Shown here: one piece after another, positions 6,779-16,418 of the stretch
Layout: every line of letters begins with the position of its first letter
Position numbering within the stretch: position 1 is the stretch's first letter
From: Sulfurimonadaceae bacterium
GTDB taxonomy: Bacteria > Campylobacterota > Campylobacteria > Campylobacterales > Sulfurimonadaceae
DNA length: 38,109 nucleotides
Direction of reading: 5' to 3'
Assembly (NCBI GenBank): GCA_041571435.1
Contig: JBFFUI010000019.1
Span: forward strand, 1-38,109
The notes under the pieces: generated by a model
The model's input: only the letters and a program-made list of their open reading frames with translations
Database searches by the model: none
What the model was told of the DNA's origin: nothing
Translations under genes and position numbers: made by a program

Positions 6779-8635
6779 ATGAAGACAATCGAATCCTATA
6801 TTTTCCTGCGCAGACAGATCCCAGTAATGATCGGTCTTTCGATCATTCCAGGCCTAGGCTACATCTTTCTGGGCTGGATCAACAGTGTTGTCTTGCCTGC
6901 ACTTCTCTGGTATGCCCTGACGATTGTTGTGTCTGTTTACGGCTATCGCCTGTATAAGGCGTATCATCCCAACCGGATGAATACGCAGGAGATCAAATAT
7001 TGGTACGCCAAGATCACCATCTTTTTTCTCATGATCTTTTCTCTTTGGACGCTGATCTTTATCCTCTACATCACTGAAGAGCGCGGCCATATGAACTATA
7101 TCGCGATCTTTACGCAGATCGGCGCTTCCGTCGTCGCTTCTACGCTACTTTCCTCGGACAAGCGTCTATACGTACTGACTCTGTTGTTTCTGATGGTCCC
7201 CCTTGCTATCAGTTTCTCGCTCATCGGCGAGTTCTACGGTCATGTGCTTTCACTTTTTTCGCTTGTTCTGTTGGGCGTTCTTTTCTATGCATCCACCAGT
7301 AACTTCAATTTGATGAAAAAAAGCAATTATCAAGCCATCCATGACTATCTTACCGGACTTTTTAACCGTCGTTACTTTATCCGTTATCTGGATCAAAAGG
7401 TCAAAAATATCCGCGACTCCAAACAGTTCTCTTTTATCATGCTTATCGACCTGGACCATTTTAAATCGGTCAACGACTCCCTCGGACACGATGTCGGTGA
7501 TGAACTGCTTAAAATTGTCTCTTCACGGCTTAAACACCATACCAGCGAAGATCAGCTGATCGCACGCTTGGGCGGTGACGAATTCGTCATTATCTCCCAT
7601 GACTTCGAAAGCAGAGAGGAGGCGCTCCAGAACGCCATAACACACGCGAATACACTTTTAAACCGACTCAAGGAGCGCTTTGTCATCGGTCAGCACCATA
7701 TCTATATCAGTGCCAGTATCGGCGTTGAGATCATTGACTCCAAAACGTCGAGTGCCAACCGTCTCATAAAGGAAGCCGACATTGCCATGTACGAGGTGAA
7801 AGCACAAGGCCGTGACGGCGTTGTCATCTTCAATGATGAACTCTCAAAACGCATCGAAAGACATCTTCAGATCGAACATCATCTGCATATTGCCCTCCAG
7901 AACAGAGAGATCAGCCTTGTCTACCAGCCTCAGTTCAATGAGCAGAAAAATGTCATCGGCTGTGAAGTCCTGGCCCGATGGCACAACCAAACACTCGGTA
8001 CCGTAACGCCTGACAAATTTATTCCCGTGGCAGAACAGACAGGCCTCATCGTTGAACTCGGCAACTATGTACTGGAGGAGTCGTTTAAGACATTCGCAAC
8101 ATGGAAGGAAAACGGTATTGAACTTGAGCAGTTCTCCATCAACATCAGCGTACGACAGCTCTTTCACGGCAGCTTTATCACCGAGGTAGAGCGGTTAAGT
8201 AAAATGTATCTTACCCCTGAGCTTTCTGCAAAGATCATCTTCGAGATCACCGAAACGGTCCTCGCCGATGACATCGAAAGAGTCATCAAGGTCATGCAGG
8301 GTCTTGCTCATCTTAACATCAACTTTTCAATGGATGACTTCGGCACCGGCTACTCGTCACTGAGTTATTTGAAAACGATGCCGGTCTCTGAACTCAAGAT
8401 CGACCAGAGCTTCATAGCCAACCTGGGCAAGAACAGTTACGACCAGGCAATGATCATCACTATTTTGAACATGGCCAAGATATTCGATCTCAAAGTCGTT
8501 GCCGAGGGTGTCGAGACGCAAGAGCAGCTCTCATTTCTGCATCAAAACGATTGCCACCTCTATCAGGGCTATCTTTTCTCAGAACCACTCACATATGACG
8601 ACTTTGAACACTTTTACAAGACAAAACATCTCTAA
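6779..8635 (+). CDS. Membrane-bound GGDEF-EAL c-di-GMP cyclase/phosphodiesterase
   Basis: Multi-TM N-terminus; RLGGDEF; YQPQ..EVLARW; MDDFGTGYSSLSYL; AEGVE. Confidence 0.95.
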   Translation: MKTIESYIFLRRQIPVMIGLSIIPGLGYIFLGWINSVVLPALLWYALTIVVSVYGYRLYKAYHPNRMNTQEIKYWYAKITIFFLMIFSLWTLIFILYITEERGHMNYIAIFTQIGASVVASTLLSSDKRLYVLTLLFLMVPLAISFSLIGEFYGHVLSLFSLVLLGVLFYASTSNFNLMKKSNYQAIHDYLTGLFNRRYFIRYLDQKVKNIRDSKQFSFIMLIDLDHFKSVNDSLGHDVGDELLKIVSSRLKHHTSEDQLIARLGGDEFVIISHDFESREEALQNAITHANTLLNRLKERFVIGQHHIYISASIGVEIIDSKTSSANRLIKEADIAMYEVKAQGRDGVVIFNDELSKRIERHLQIEHHLHIALQNREISLVYQPQFNEQKNVIGCEVLARWHNQTLGTVTPDKFIPVAEQTGLIVELGNYVLEESFKTFATWKENGIELEQFSINISVRQLFHGSFITEVERLSKMYLTPELSAKIIFEITETVLADDIERVIKVMQGLAHLNINFSMDDFGTGYSSLSYLKTMPVSELKIDQSFIANLGKNSYDQAMIITILNMAKIFDLKVVAEGVETQEQLSFLHQNDCHLYQGYLFSEPLTYDDFEHFYKTKHL

Positions 8636-8714
8636 ACGACGTTGTGTCACGCACTTGAAGAATATCTAAATTTTTATGTTGTATAATCGAACTATATAAA
8701 AAAGAGGGTTTTTA

Positions 8715-8990
8715 ATGTCTATTCAATGTATCGATGCGGAATATAGAGGCGAGGAACGCTATACCAAAATTTCGTTAGCCTTTTCAAATGAAGAACAGCT
8801 TGCAGAGATCAATGCTGCATTAAAAACTGCACTTGAGGGCTGTACTCTTGAACACGACAGCTATATCAGCGATGTGTCAAACGGCCGTAGAGTGATCGTA
8901 ACAGAGTTCCATGATGATAATGACCGTGAAGGCGGTATTATTCTTGAGAAGCTGATGAAGATCCTCGGCATCAAAGAGTGTCAGAACTAA
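8715..8990 (+). CDS. Hypothetical protein (91 aa)
   Basis: GAGGG RBS, TATAAT at 8682-8687, just upstream of acpS. Confidence 0.8.
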   Translation: MSIQCIDAEYRGEERYTKISLAFSNEEQLAEINAALKTALEGCTLEHDSYISDVSNGRRVIVTEFHDDNDREGGIILEKLMKILGIKECQN

Positions 8991-9015
8991 TAGCCTTCGT
9001 TATTAGCCTGCAGAT

Positions 9016-9366
9016 ATGATAGGAATAGATCTTATAAGAATCGATCGGATGAAAAAACTGATCGAGAAATATGACACCAAGTTTTTAGAGAAGTTCCTGT
9101 CGCCCGAAGAGGTCGCACTCGTCAAGAACTACCGTACAGCTGCCGGCTTTTGGGCGGCTAAAGAGGCCGCATCTAAAGCGTTGGGCTGCGGTATCGGTGC
9201 GGAGTGCGCCTTTCATGATATCATCATTACGAAGACAGCGAAAGGTGCACCGATCCTGGAACTTTCCGACAGTGTCAAAAAACATTTCGGCATAGACGCA
9301 TCAGCCCTCTCCATCACACACGACGGCGATTACGCTATTGCTGTCGTCACGCATCAAAAACGCTAG
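9016..9366 (+). CDS. acpS: Holo-ACP synthase
   Basis: IGIDL, AGFWAAKEAASKALG, LSITHDGDYAIA. Confidence 0.97.
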   Translation: MIGIDLIRIDRMKKLIEKYDTKFLEKFLSPEEVALVKNYRTAAGFWAAKEAASKALGCGIGAECAFHDIIITKTAKGAPILELSDSVKKHFGIDASALSITHDGDYAIAVVTHQKR

Positions 9367-9369
9367 GGC

Positions 9370-9570
9370 TCACCCGCCGCCGACAAAGTCCAGAAGTTCC
9401 AGTTTGTCATTGTCGTTCAAGACATGGACATCCCACTGATCTTGCTTGACGATCTCCATATTGACCGCGGCCGCCATCACCTTGCCTTCCAGGTCCAACT
9501 CTTTTAGCAGTGCAAGCAGGGTCGCACCCTCTTCTATTGTTCGCTCATTTCCGTTTACGATGACTGTCAT
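9370..9570 (-). CDS. thiS: Sulfur carrier protein ThiS
   Basis: 66 aa, IVNG..., AVN.EIV, C-terminal FVGGG. Confidence 0.95.
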   Translation of the reverse strand: MTVIVNGNERTIEEGATLLALLKELDLEGKVMAAAVNMEIVKQDQWDVHVLNDNDKLELLDFVGGG

Positions 9571-9820
9571 CTTTTGTTCCCTGTTATTTTATGATTTCGA
9601 TCTAAATATCTCGCTCTTTTTGTATGGTATTGTATCCATTATAAATTTCAAGCCTCTGAAAAAATGCGTGGCAAAGTATGTGTTCAGACAAAATTGAGAA
9701 GTGCAGGTATTTTTGACGAGGTCGTATTAAAGCGCTTTATAAAAAAGAGACCGGATCATACAAATCATCTGTTTTGACCGGAAAGTCCGATCAGTAAAGA
9801 AAAACGGCAGCGATGTCCGC

Positions 9821-10267
9821 TTATTTGCAGATCTGTATGCTGCTTTGCTTACAGACCCGCCCATCCGGCCAAATGGTGCCACCGAGTTTGGTGTGATCGA
9901 GCTTGACCCCTTTGATGTTAGCACCTGTAAGATCTGCCCACTGAAGGTCGGCCGAAGAGAGGTCTGCATTGCGCAGATCGGCACCGTGCAGTGAAACATG
10001 ATGCAGGTTCGCACCGTGAAGATGGGCACCTGAAAGGTTGGCATCGGTGAGTAGTACATTCCAGAGGTTGGCGCCGTGCAGATCGGCTTCGGCGAGGTTG
10101 GCACCGGAGAGGTCGGCAAAGGAGAGGTCGACACCTCTCAGCATGCTTCCGGCCAGATTGGCACCTCTCAAATCCGCCCCTTTCTTGATGACATAACCGT
10201 TTACAACGGTTTCGGCAGCGAGACAAAGCAGAGAACTCAACATGATCGTGATCAGATATTTATACAT
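9821..10267 (-). CDS. Secreted pentapeptide-repeat protein
   Basis: Signal peptide, tandem A(D/N)Lxx repeats, C-terminal WPDGRVC...C; AGGAGG RBS. Confidence 0.93.
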   Translation of the reverse strand: MYKYLITIMLSSLLCLAAETVVNGYVIKKGADLRGANLAGSMLRGVDLSFADLSGANLAEADLHGANLWNVLLTDANLSGAHLHGANLHHVSLHGADLRNADLSSADLQWADLTGANIKGVKLDHTKLGGTIWPDGRVCKQSSIQICK

Positions 10268-10377
10268 AATAAACCTCCTGTTTATATTTACAGTATATCA
10301 AAAAATGTAGTAATCTTGATTGTGATCCGCTTTTTGTGATGCCGCACTGGATATAGACAAAGAACGTTGTGTGGCTA

Positions 10378-11373
10378 TCACCCCTCTTTACGAAACTTTA
10401 TCATCTTAAAACGTTCACCCAGGAAGTCAGGCAGGATCAGTGTCTTGACCTTTTCGAGCTCCTGTTTGTAGATGTCGTTGTCGACATTCGCCCGCAGCAT
10501 CTCCAGAAGTTCCAGAATGCCCATGTTAATCAGTGCTGTCATCTGCGCCTTGAGCTCGACGAATGTCACGCCGGCCTCCTCGTAAGCGTCTTTGACATGC
10601 TCAAACGTGACATCATAGGTAATGTCCGTTGTGCCGAAGGCCTCTGTACGGTTCAGCTCTTCGTCAAAGAAGGGGTAGACCTTGTGTTTGTCGTAGACAC
10701 GCAAGGAGAAATCCGGACGGGCCATCATCTCACCGTAGTCGAAGCTCATAAACTCAAAGCGCTTTGCCGCCGCAGCCATCTCTTTGGCAAACACTTCGTA
10801 GCCGACGGCGATCTCGCCGCGGTCTTTATGGTACTTTGCCGCCTTCTCACTGACCCATGCGTCGTCAAGATCAAACTCGACATTTCCCTCTTCATCCACG
10901 CGCCCCGTTTTGCCTTTGAAAAAGAGTTCGCAGGGAAAGGCATCGAAGATCTCATTGGCAATAAAAAAAGCGTTATCGACATTGAGCTCACTTAGACTTT
11001 TGACGTGTGAGAGAGTAATAGCGTCCCCGAAGCATTCTTTCAAGTAGTTACGCTGCTGCTCCTGCAGAGCATCAAAACGCTCCACGATGACAAAGTTGAA
11101 ACTCTTCAGCAGCTCCGGCCGCAGCGTGTAGATAAACTCAATGACATCGGCGGTAAAGTAGCCGTGATGGGCACCGATCTCGCAGATTGTGGCATCGCTC
11201 TTTAAAAAGCCTTCATCCACAAGCGCGATGATGTGTTTGGCGATCGTCCCGCCGAAAAACTTTGACGTCGAGACCGCCGTATAGAAGTCGCCCTCTTTAC
11301 CGATGGCTTTGTACGTCGCGTAGTACCCCTGCTCCCCATAGAGCCACTCTGTCATATAGTTACTGAACGTCAC
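10378..11373 (-). CDS. SAM-dependent methyltransferase, MidA/NDUFAF7 family
   Basis: LY..GYY, GDFYTA, EIGA, ANEIFDAFP, FDYG, DITYDV. Confidence 0.92.
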   Translation of the reverse strand: MTFSNYMTEWLYGEQGYYATYKAIGKEGDFYTAVSTSKFFGGTIAKHIIALVDEGFLKSDATICEIGAHHGYFTADVIEFIYTLRPELLKSFNFVIVERFDALQEQQRNYLKECFGDAITLSHVKSLSELNVDNAFFIANEIFDAFPCELFFKGKTGRVDEEGNVEFDLDDAWVSEKAAKYHKDRGEIAVGYEVFAKEMAAAAKRFEFMSFDYGEMMARPDFSLRVYDKHKVYPFFDEELNRTEAFGTTDITYDVTFEHVKDAYEEAGVTFVELKAQMTALINMGILELLEMLRANVDNDIYKQELEKVKTLILPDFLGERFKMIKFRKEG

Positions 11374-12691
11374 TGCTCATCTTTTCATACAGGGTCAACA
11401 GTTCCAACTGTTTGTCGATCTCGTAGATCTTCTGGTTGATCGTTTCGATCTTCATAGAGTTGTTGAGGATGTCAACATCATATTGTGTTTTATAGCCGGC
11501 TCTGAAGAGATCTTTCGTGTCGGCCAACAGCACCTCGTACAGTTTTCTGTTCTCTTCGGAAAGCGCGATCTTCTTGTCAAATTTGATCAGGTTTTGCATC
11601 ACCTGGTCAAACAGCAGTTTAAGCTCACGCTTTGTATCGTCGATAACGACGCGTGATTTAAGATAGTCAACCTTGGCCGCTTCAAAATCGTTGTAAGCAT
11701 TGATGTCCAATGGCATCGAGGCACTTAAACCGTAACGGTAGTAATTTGTTTCTGACGTGTTTTTAAAACCGGGGCTGAAGTAGGAGTCCTGCTTTTGCCA
11801 GTTGTATGAAGCCTGGACGTTAACCGACGGAAGGTACTTGACCAGTGTGACATTTTTATAAAGTCGGCTCTTTTCGCTCTCGCTCTCTGCCAGCTTGACA
11901 TCGATGTTCTGTTCGAGAAATCTGGCTTCGTCTATGATTGCAAGAAAAGGTATCTTGGCCGTTTTAGGATCAAGGTCACTCAACTTCTTAAACTGAGCAA
12001 TGATCTGTGCATCACGCGTCTCGAGATCGAAAAGTGTCTGCTTGACCAGGTTCAACTCGATGATGGCATTGTTCAGGAAACCGGAGTCAAGTTGACCTGT
12101 CAGATACTGCTCACGTTTTTGCTCAAGGTTGATCGCGGAGTTTGCGACCTGAAGCTTCTGTTTTTCCAATGAGAGCGCTGACTGTTTTGCCTGCATCAAC
12201 AGATCGATCGTCTGTTTGATCATGATCCGTTTCTGCTGATCGATGCTGTAGTCGGCATACTCGCGTGATGCATTGGCAAATTTCACACCGTAGATGATCC
12301 CGCCGCTTTGAAAGATGGGTTGATCGAGCACAATTGCTGCGTTCTGGCTTTCTGACTCGCCATTGCCAGCCTCATTGTAAGGGTTTGAACGGTTGATGGT
12401 GTATTGCAGCATAACCGGGCTGATCCATGAATCACGGAGTTTGGTACTCTCCTGATCGCTCTTTTCATATTCATAGCCGAACTGTTTGCGTTTGAGCTCG
12501 GAAAGGTAGTCGTCAAGCGAACCTGTCGATGCTTCCTGCGGGCTCATCTGCTGATCGTCAAAAATAACGGTAGCGTTATGCTCGCTGTTGTTGAGCTGTG
12601 CCGTAAGATTAGCATCGTCAGCCGCCAGCAACGTGGCAAGGACGATACTAAAGGCTGCTGATAGCTTTTTCAAGTCGTGCAAAGCCTTCAT
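11360..12691 (-). CDS. TolC-family outer membrane efflux protein
   Basis: Signal peptide, duplicated helical-barrel halves, LDQPIFQSG, YLPSVNV. Confidence 0.88.
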   Translation of the reverse strand: MKALHDLKKLSAAFSIVLATLLAADDANLTAQLNNSEHNATVIFDDQQMSPQEASTGSLDDYLSELKRKQFGYEYEKSDQESTKLRDSWISPVMLQYTINRSNPYNEAGNGESESQNAAIVLDQPIFQSGGIIYGVKFANASREYADYSIDQQKRIMIKQTIDLLMQAKQSALSLEKQKLQVANSAINLEQKREQYLTGQLDSGFLNNAIIELNLVKQTLFDLETRDAQIIAQFKKLSDLDPKTAKIPFLAIIDEARFLEQNIDVKLAESESEKSRLYKNVTLVKYLPSVNVQASYNWQKQDSYFSPGFKNTSETNYYRYGLSASMPLDINAYNDFEAAKVDYLKSRVVIDDTKRELKLLFDQVMQNLIKFDKKIALSEENRKLYEVLLADTKDLFRAGYKTQYDVDILNNSMKIETINQKIYEIDKQLELLTLYEKMSSDVQ

Positions 12692-13817
12692 CCATCTCTT
12701 CCTTTGTGATTGTTAACGGCGGTAAAAAGCGCAGCGTGTTACGGCCTGCGCGCAGTACCATGACACCATTCTCACGTGCCAGGTTGATGAGTCTCGCCAA
12801 GGTCTCGGCATCGACGACACGCAGACCGCGCATCAGACCGAAACCGACGGCTTCGCTGAAGATGTCGCTGTGTGCTTTCTGGACCGCTTCGAGTTTCTCG
12901 GCAAAGGCAATGATCATCTCGTCCAATGCGCCACTCTCTTTATAGTGGTTTAGAAAATCGACCACGGTCATAGCTGCCGTGCTGGAGAGGTAGTTTCCAC
13001 CAAAAGTCGAGCCGTGGTCGCCTGGACCCAGTACATCTTTTTTACCGCTCATCACAACGCCGATCGGTACACCGCCGCCGAGACCTTTTGCGAGGGTGAT
13101 GATATCCGGTTCAATCTCATAGACCTGTGACGCTGTGAACTCACCGGTTCGATAGACACCGGTCTGTACCTCATCAACGATCAACAGAACGTCTTTCGCT
13201 TTTAGAAATGCCGCAAGTTCTTGGACTTTCGCCTTGTCGATCGGCTGCACACCGCCCTCGCCCTGGATCAGTTCGATCATAACGGCGACCGTATGGTCAT
13301 CCACCTGCCCGGCAATATCATCGATCGTATCGGCATAGACAAAACCGTCCGGGAATGGACCGAAATAGTTGTGCATCGCCTCTTGACCTGTCGCTTTGAC
13401 CGTTGTAATGGTACGACCGTGAAACGAGTGTTTCAGCGTGATGATCTTGTAGCGTTTCGGCTGCCCGTCGACTTCGCCGTACTTTCTGGCGATCTTGATA
13501 GCACCTTCATTGGCTTCGGCTCCCGAGTTGCCGAAGAAACAGTTCATATCGTAACCGCTGGCCTCGACGATCTTCTTTGCCGCGCGCTCCTGCTGTTCGA
13601 TGTAATAGAGGTTGGAGATGTGAATGATCTTCTTGGCCTGATCGCAGAGCGTCCGCGCAAGAACATTGTCACCATGGCCTATGCTTACGACACCGATACC
13701 CGATGTAAAGTCGATGTAATCACGTCCTTCACTGTCCATAAGCGTTGCATTGTCACCCGAGACAAACGCGATGTCTGCTCTTGCATACGTTGGCATTACA
13801 TAAGATTTTTCTAACAT
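12648..13817 (-). CDS. argD: Acetylornithine aminotransferase (class III PLP)
   Basis: NSGAEANEGAIK, SFHGRT, EGGV, DEVQTG, TLAKGLGGG, HGSTFGGN. Confidence 0.92.
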   Translation of the reverse strand: MLEKSYVMPTYARADIAFVSGDNATLMDSEGRDYIDFTSGIGVVSIGHGDNVLARTLCDQAKKIIHISNLYYIEQQERAAKKIVEASGYDMNCFFGNSGAEANEGAIKIARKYGEVDGQPKRYKIITLKHSFHGRTITTVKATGQEAMHNYFGPFPDGFVYADTIDDIAGQVDDHTVAVMIELIQGEGGVQPIDKAKVQELAAFLKAKDVLLIVDEVQTGVYRTGEFTASQVYEIEPDIITLAKGLGGGVPIGVVMSGKKDVLGPGDHGSTFGGNYLSSTAAMTVVDFLNHYKESGALDEMIIAFAEKLEAVQKAHSDIFSEAVGFGLMRGLRVVDAETLARLINLARENGVMVLRAGRNTLRFLPPLTITKEEMDEGFARLEKAISSL

Positions 13818-15553
13818 TTTTCTACCTTTACCTTGTTTTCTTGATACGCGGCATTTTTGCCTTCGTAGCTTAGCTTACTATCACTTAACACATTGACCCC
13901 CGGGGTCCCCGAATAGATCAGGACAGAGTCATCCCGCAGACGGTCGTCTATGGATGCTTCTAAAGTTAAGGCGCCGTTTTCCGAACTAATACGGACACGC
14001 TCTCTCGCATCGATACCGTGCGAGCCGTTAAGATAGACCTTGTTCTCCCGGTCGAACTGCGAGTTCAGACTCTTGGCACTTTTAGGGGTGAGAAGAAAGA
14101 GACCATCGTCCGCTTCGACGTTCAGATCATACTCTTCCAAAAAGCAGAATTCGTCGTCATCCGTGTCAAAGCCTTCGCAATAGGGAATCTCCTCCCGGCC
14201 TTTGACAACGCTATCAGTCGCCCTGATTTCGCCAAAGTCCCTAAAATGTTCCAGGTAGGTGAGCTCGCTGTCGATATCGATGTCAAAAGCCTTACAGAGG
14301 GCGGCTGTCAGCGCATATTCGCTAATACCGATGTCACTCTCAGAGACCATCGGCATCTCCAGAAGTCCCGGGTGGCCGTATGAACTGCGGATATCATCTT
14401 TTTCCAAAAAGGTCTTGGCCGGGATGACCAGGTCTGCGATCTGTGAGGTCTCATTCTCATAGAGACCGTAATAGACGACAAAGGGATTCTTCTCAATCGA
14501 AGCACGGACTCTGTTGGTATCCGGCATCTGATTCAGCGGATTGGCACCCTGAATAAAGGCCATCTCGAAACGGCCGAACTCTACATCGCCGACGGCGACA
14601 GGTTTGACCCTGTTTTTAGTCGTAAAAGGCATTGTGATCCCCTCTTGCGAATTCCCCAGGAAATTGACCCCGCACCCCTCTTTGCCGAAGAGACCCAGCA
14701 GTGCACCGAAACCATCGATCGCACGTATCACGTCCGCACCGTGGCGATATTTCTGAACACCGACACCGGCCAGGATCACCGTTCGCTTGCCATTGACAAG
14801 GTCCAGGATCTTGCCGATGTCGCCCAGGGTCACATCGATACTCTCCAATACGGCTTTGATACGTACCGTCTGTGTCAGCTCATAGAAGTCTTCATATTCG
14901 GTCGCATACTCGTCCAGAAATGCTTTGTCTTCCATACCGTTGATAATGGTAAACCGGCTTAAAAGCAGCGCCAAAAAGAGATCGCCTTTGGGTTTTATCT
15001 GCAGGTGGAAGTCTGCGGTTTCGGCTATTTTCGTCTTGACAGGGTCGATCACGATCACGGTCTTATCTTTCAAAAACGGCAACAGATGCGCGTTCGTTGT
15101 GTGGATATTACGGCCCCAGACAATAATGACTTCCGCTTTATCGATCTGCTCCGGAGGAAGCAGTCTGTTCGCGCCGCGCCCTTCGATGACACCGGCTTCA
15201 CCTGCCCCGTCGCAGAGCGACCCTTCTGTCAGCGTGGCGCCGTAGCTGGCGAAAAAATGGTCCGTTACCTGCTGCATCAGACCAAAATTACCATGCCCGC
15301 GGTAATGGAGGATCTGTGAAGGGTCGGAGACACGTGCACTTTTCTCTTGCAGAAGATGCAGCGCCTCTTCCATCGTGATCTCTTTGCCTTGATAACGCGC
15401 TGCAGTGATGCGTTCATGCTTTTCATAATGGTTGAGATGCGGGCAGAGGTAACCGTGTGTATAGGTGTCCTTTCGCCCTTTCAACGTCCCATCTGCCACA
15501 TCGATGCTGCAGGCATCATAACAGTCTAATGGACAGGCAGTTGTTTGGCTCAT
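13811..15553 (-). CDS. Cytoplasmic molybdopterin (bis-MGD) oxidoreductase, substrate unknown
   Basis: N-terminal CPLDCYDAC...LC Fe-S motif, GSLCDGAG, WGRN, ADLVIPAKTFLEK; no Tat signal. Confidence 0.9.
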   Translation of the reverse strand: MSQTTACPLDCYDACSIDVADGTLKGRKDTYTHGYLCPHLNHYEKHERITAARYQGKEITMEEALHLLQEKSARVSDPSQILHYRGHGNFGLMQQVTDHFFASYGATLTEGSLCDGAGEAGVIEGRGANRLLPPEQIDKAEVIIVWGRNIHTTNAHLLPFLKDKTVIVIDPVKTKIAETADFHLQIKPKGDLFLALLLSRFTIINGMEDKAFLDEYATEYEDFYELTQTVRIKAVLESIDVTLGDIGKILDLVNGKRTVILAGVGVQKYRHGADVIRAIDGFGALLGLFGKEGCGVNFLGNSQEGITMPFTTKNRVKPVAVGDVEFGRFEMAFIQGANPLNQMPDTNRVRASIEKNPFVVYYGLYENETSQIADLVIPAKTFLEKDDIRSSYGHPGLLEMPMVSESDIGISEYALTAALCKAFDIDIDSELTYLEHFRDFGEIRATDSVVKGREEIPYCEGFDTDDDEFCFLEEYDLNVEADDGLFLLTPKSAKSLNSQFDRENKVYLNGSHGIDARERVRISSENGALTLEASIDDRLRDDSVLIYSGTPGVNVLSDSKLSYEGKNAAYQENKVKVEKC

Positions 15554-16344
15554 TTAAGCTCTACTTTCATCAGCTCCGAAAAGTACTTCGGTGCCTTGAT
15601 GATGATCTCGGCCTTGTAGCTTGAGAGGTGCGTTGCGTCCGCGATTTCCCATAGGCGGTCGATCCGGTAATCCGTCTTTTTGCCATTGAGATAGACCGTC
15701 TTCTTTTTGGCGTTTTTCATGTCCCCTGCATTGAGGAAAATAGTCAGTTTCGCCTTTGAGATGTTGGCGACTTGAGAGAGTTCCATACCGGGAGAGACCA
15801 CCTGTCCCTCTTTGACGCTCAATGCATAGAGCACATAGCCTTTGGCGCTCAGGGATTTGTCCGCAATACTCTTTCTAAGCTGCGCAGCACGGAGGTTCAG
15901 GTCATTGATCTGGACTTTGAGGTTATCGACCTCTTTTTCCGTTGTAATCAGGGTATTCTGTGTCGCAACGAGATCGTAGAACTCTCTGTCTTTGTCGATC
16001 ACCGACTTGGTCTTCAATGTTTTGATGTTGTCATAGTTCTTCTGCTTTTTGGCCAGGATCTCTTCATAGTTTTTCTGCATCGCCTCGTTTAGCTTTAATG
16101 TGTTTTTGAGCAGTGCGATTTTTTTATCGACGTTGGTCAGTTCGATGCGGTCAAGTTTGTCGTCAATCTTGACATAAGCGTTTGCATTAAGGACTTTTCC
16201 TTCTCTCTTCTCATCCGCAAACGTGACCTGACCCGACACATTGGACGAGATCGTCCGAATCTCATACGGTTCAACCTTGGAGTAATACTCTTTGGCAAAC
16301 AGTGCCACCCCTGAAAGCAGCAGCAGTGTAAAAATCTTCTTCAT
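15550..16344 (-). CDS. Efflux periplasmic adaptor (MFP/HlyD family)
   Basis: Signal peptide, SNVSGQV lipoyl half, coiled coil, VKEGQVVSPG. Confidence 0.88.
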   Translation of the reverse strand: MKKIFTLLLLSGVALFAKEYYSKVEPYEIRTISSNVSGQVTFADEKREGKVLNANAYVKIDDKLDRIELTNVDKKIALLKNTLKLNEAMQKNYEEILAKKQKNYDNIKTLKTKSVIDKDREFYDLVATQNTLITTEKEVDNLKVQINDLNLRAAQLRKSIADKSLSAKGYVLYALSVKEGQVVSPGMELSQVANISKAKLTIFLNAGDMKNAKKKTVYLNGKKTDYRIDRLWEIADATHLSSYKAEIIIKAPKYFSELMKVELK

Positions 16345-16418
16345 CTATCAAACCTTACTTTATTTATCTTCTTATTTTACCAAACTTCCACAAACAGCAT
16401 CCTCGGATGCGCTGTTTT

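Noticed and set aside
9571-9820. TPP riboswitch upstream of thiS
   Set aside because: Conserved CUGAGA and ACCUG elements not found in the required arrangement on the minus strand
13811-15553. Formate dehydrogenase or selenoprotein call
   Set aside because: No in-frame TGA, no Cys/Sec-His motif (reads LCDG), no Tat signal or partner subunits
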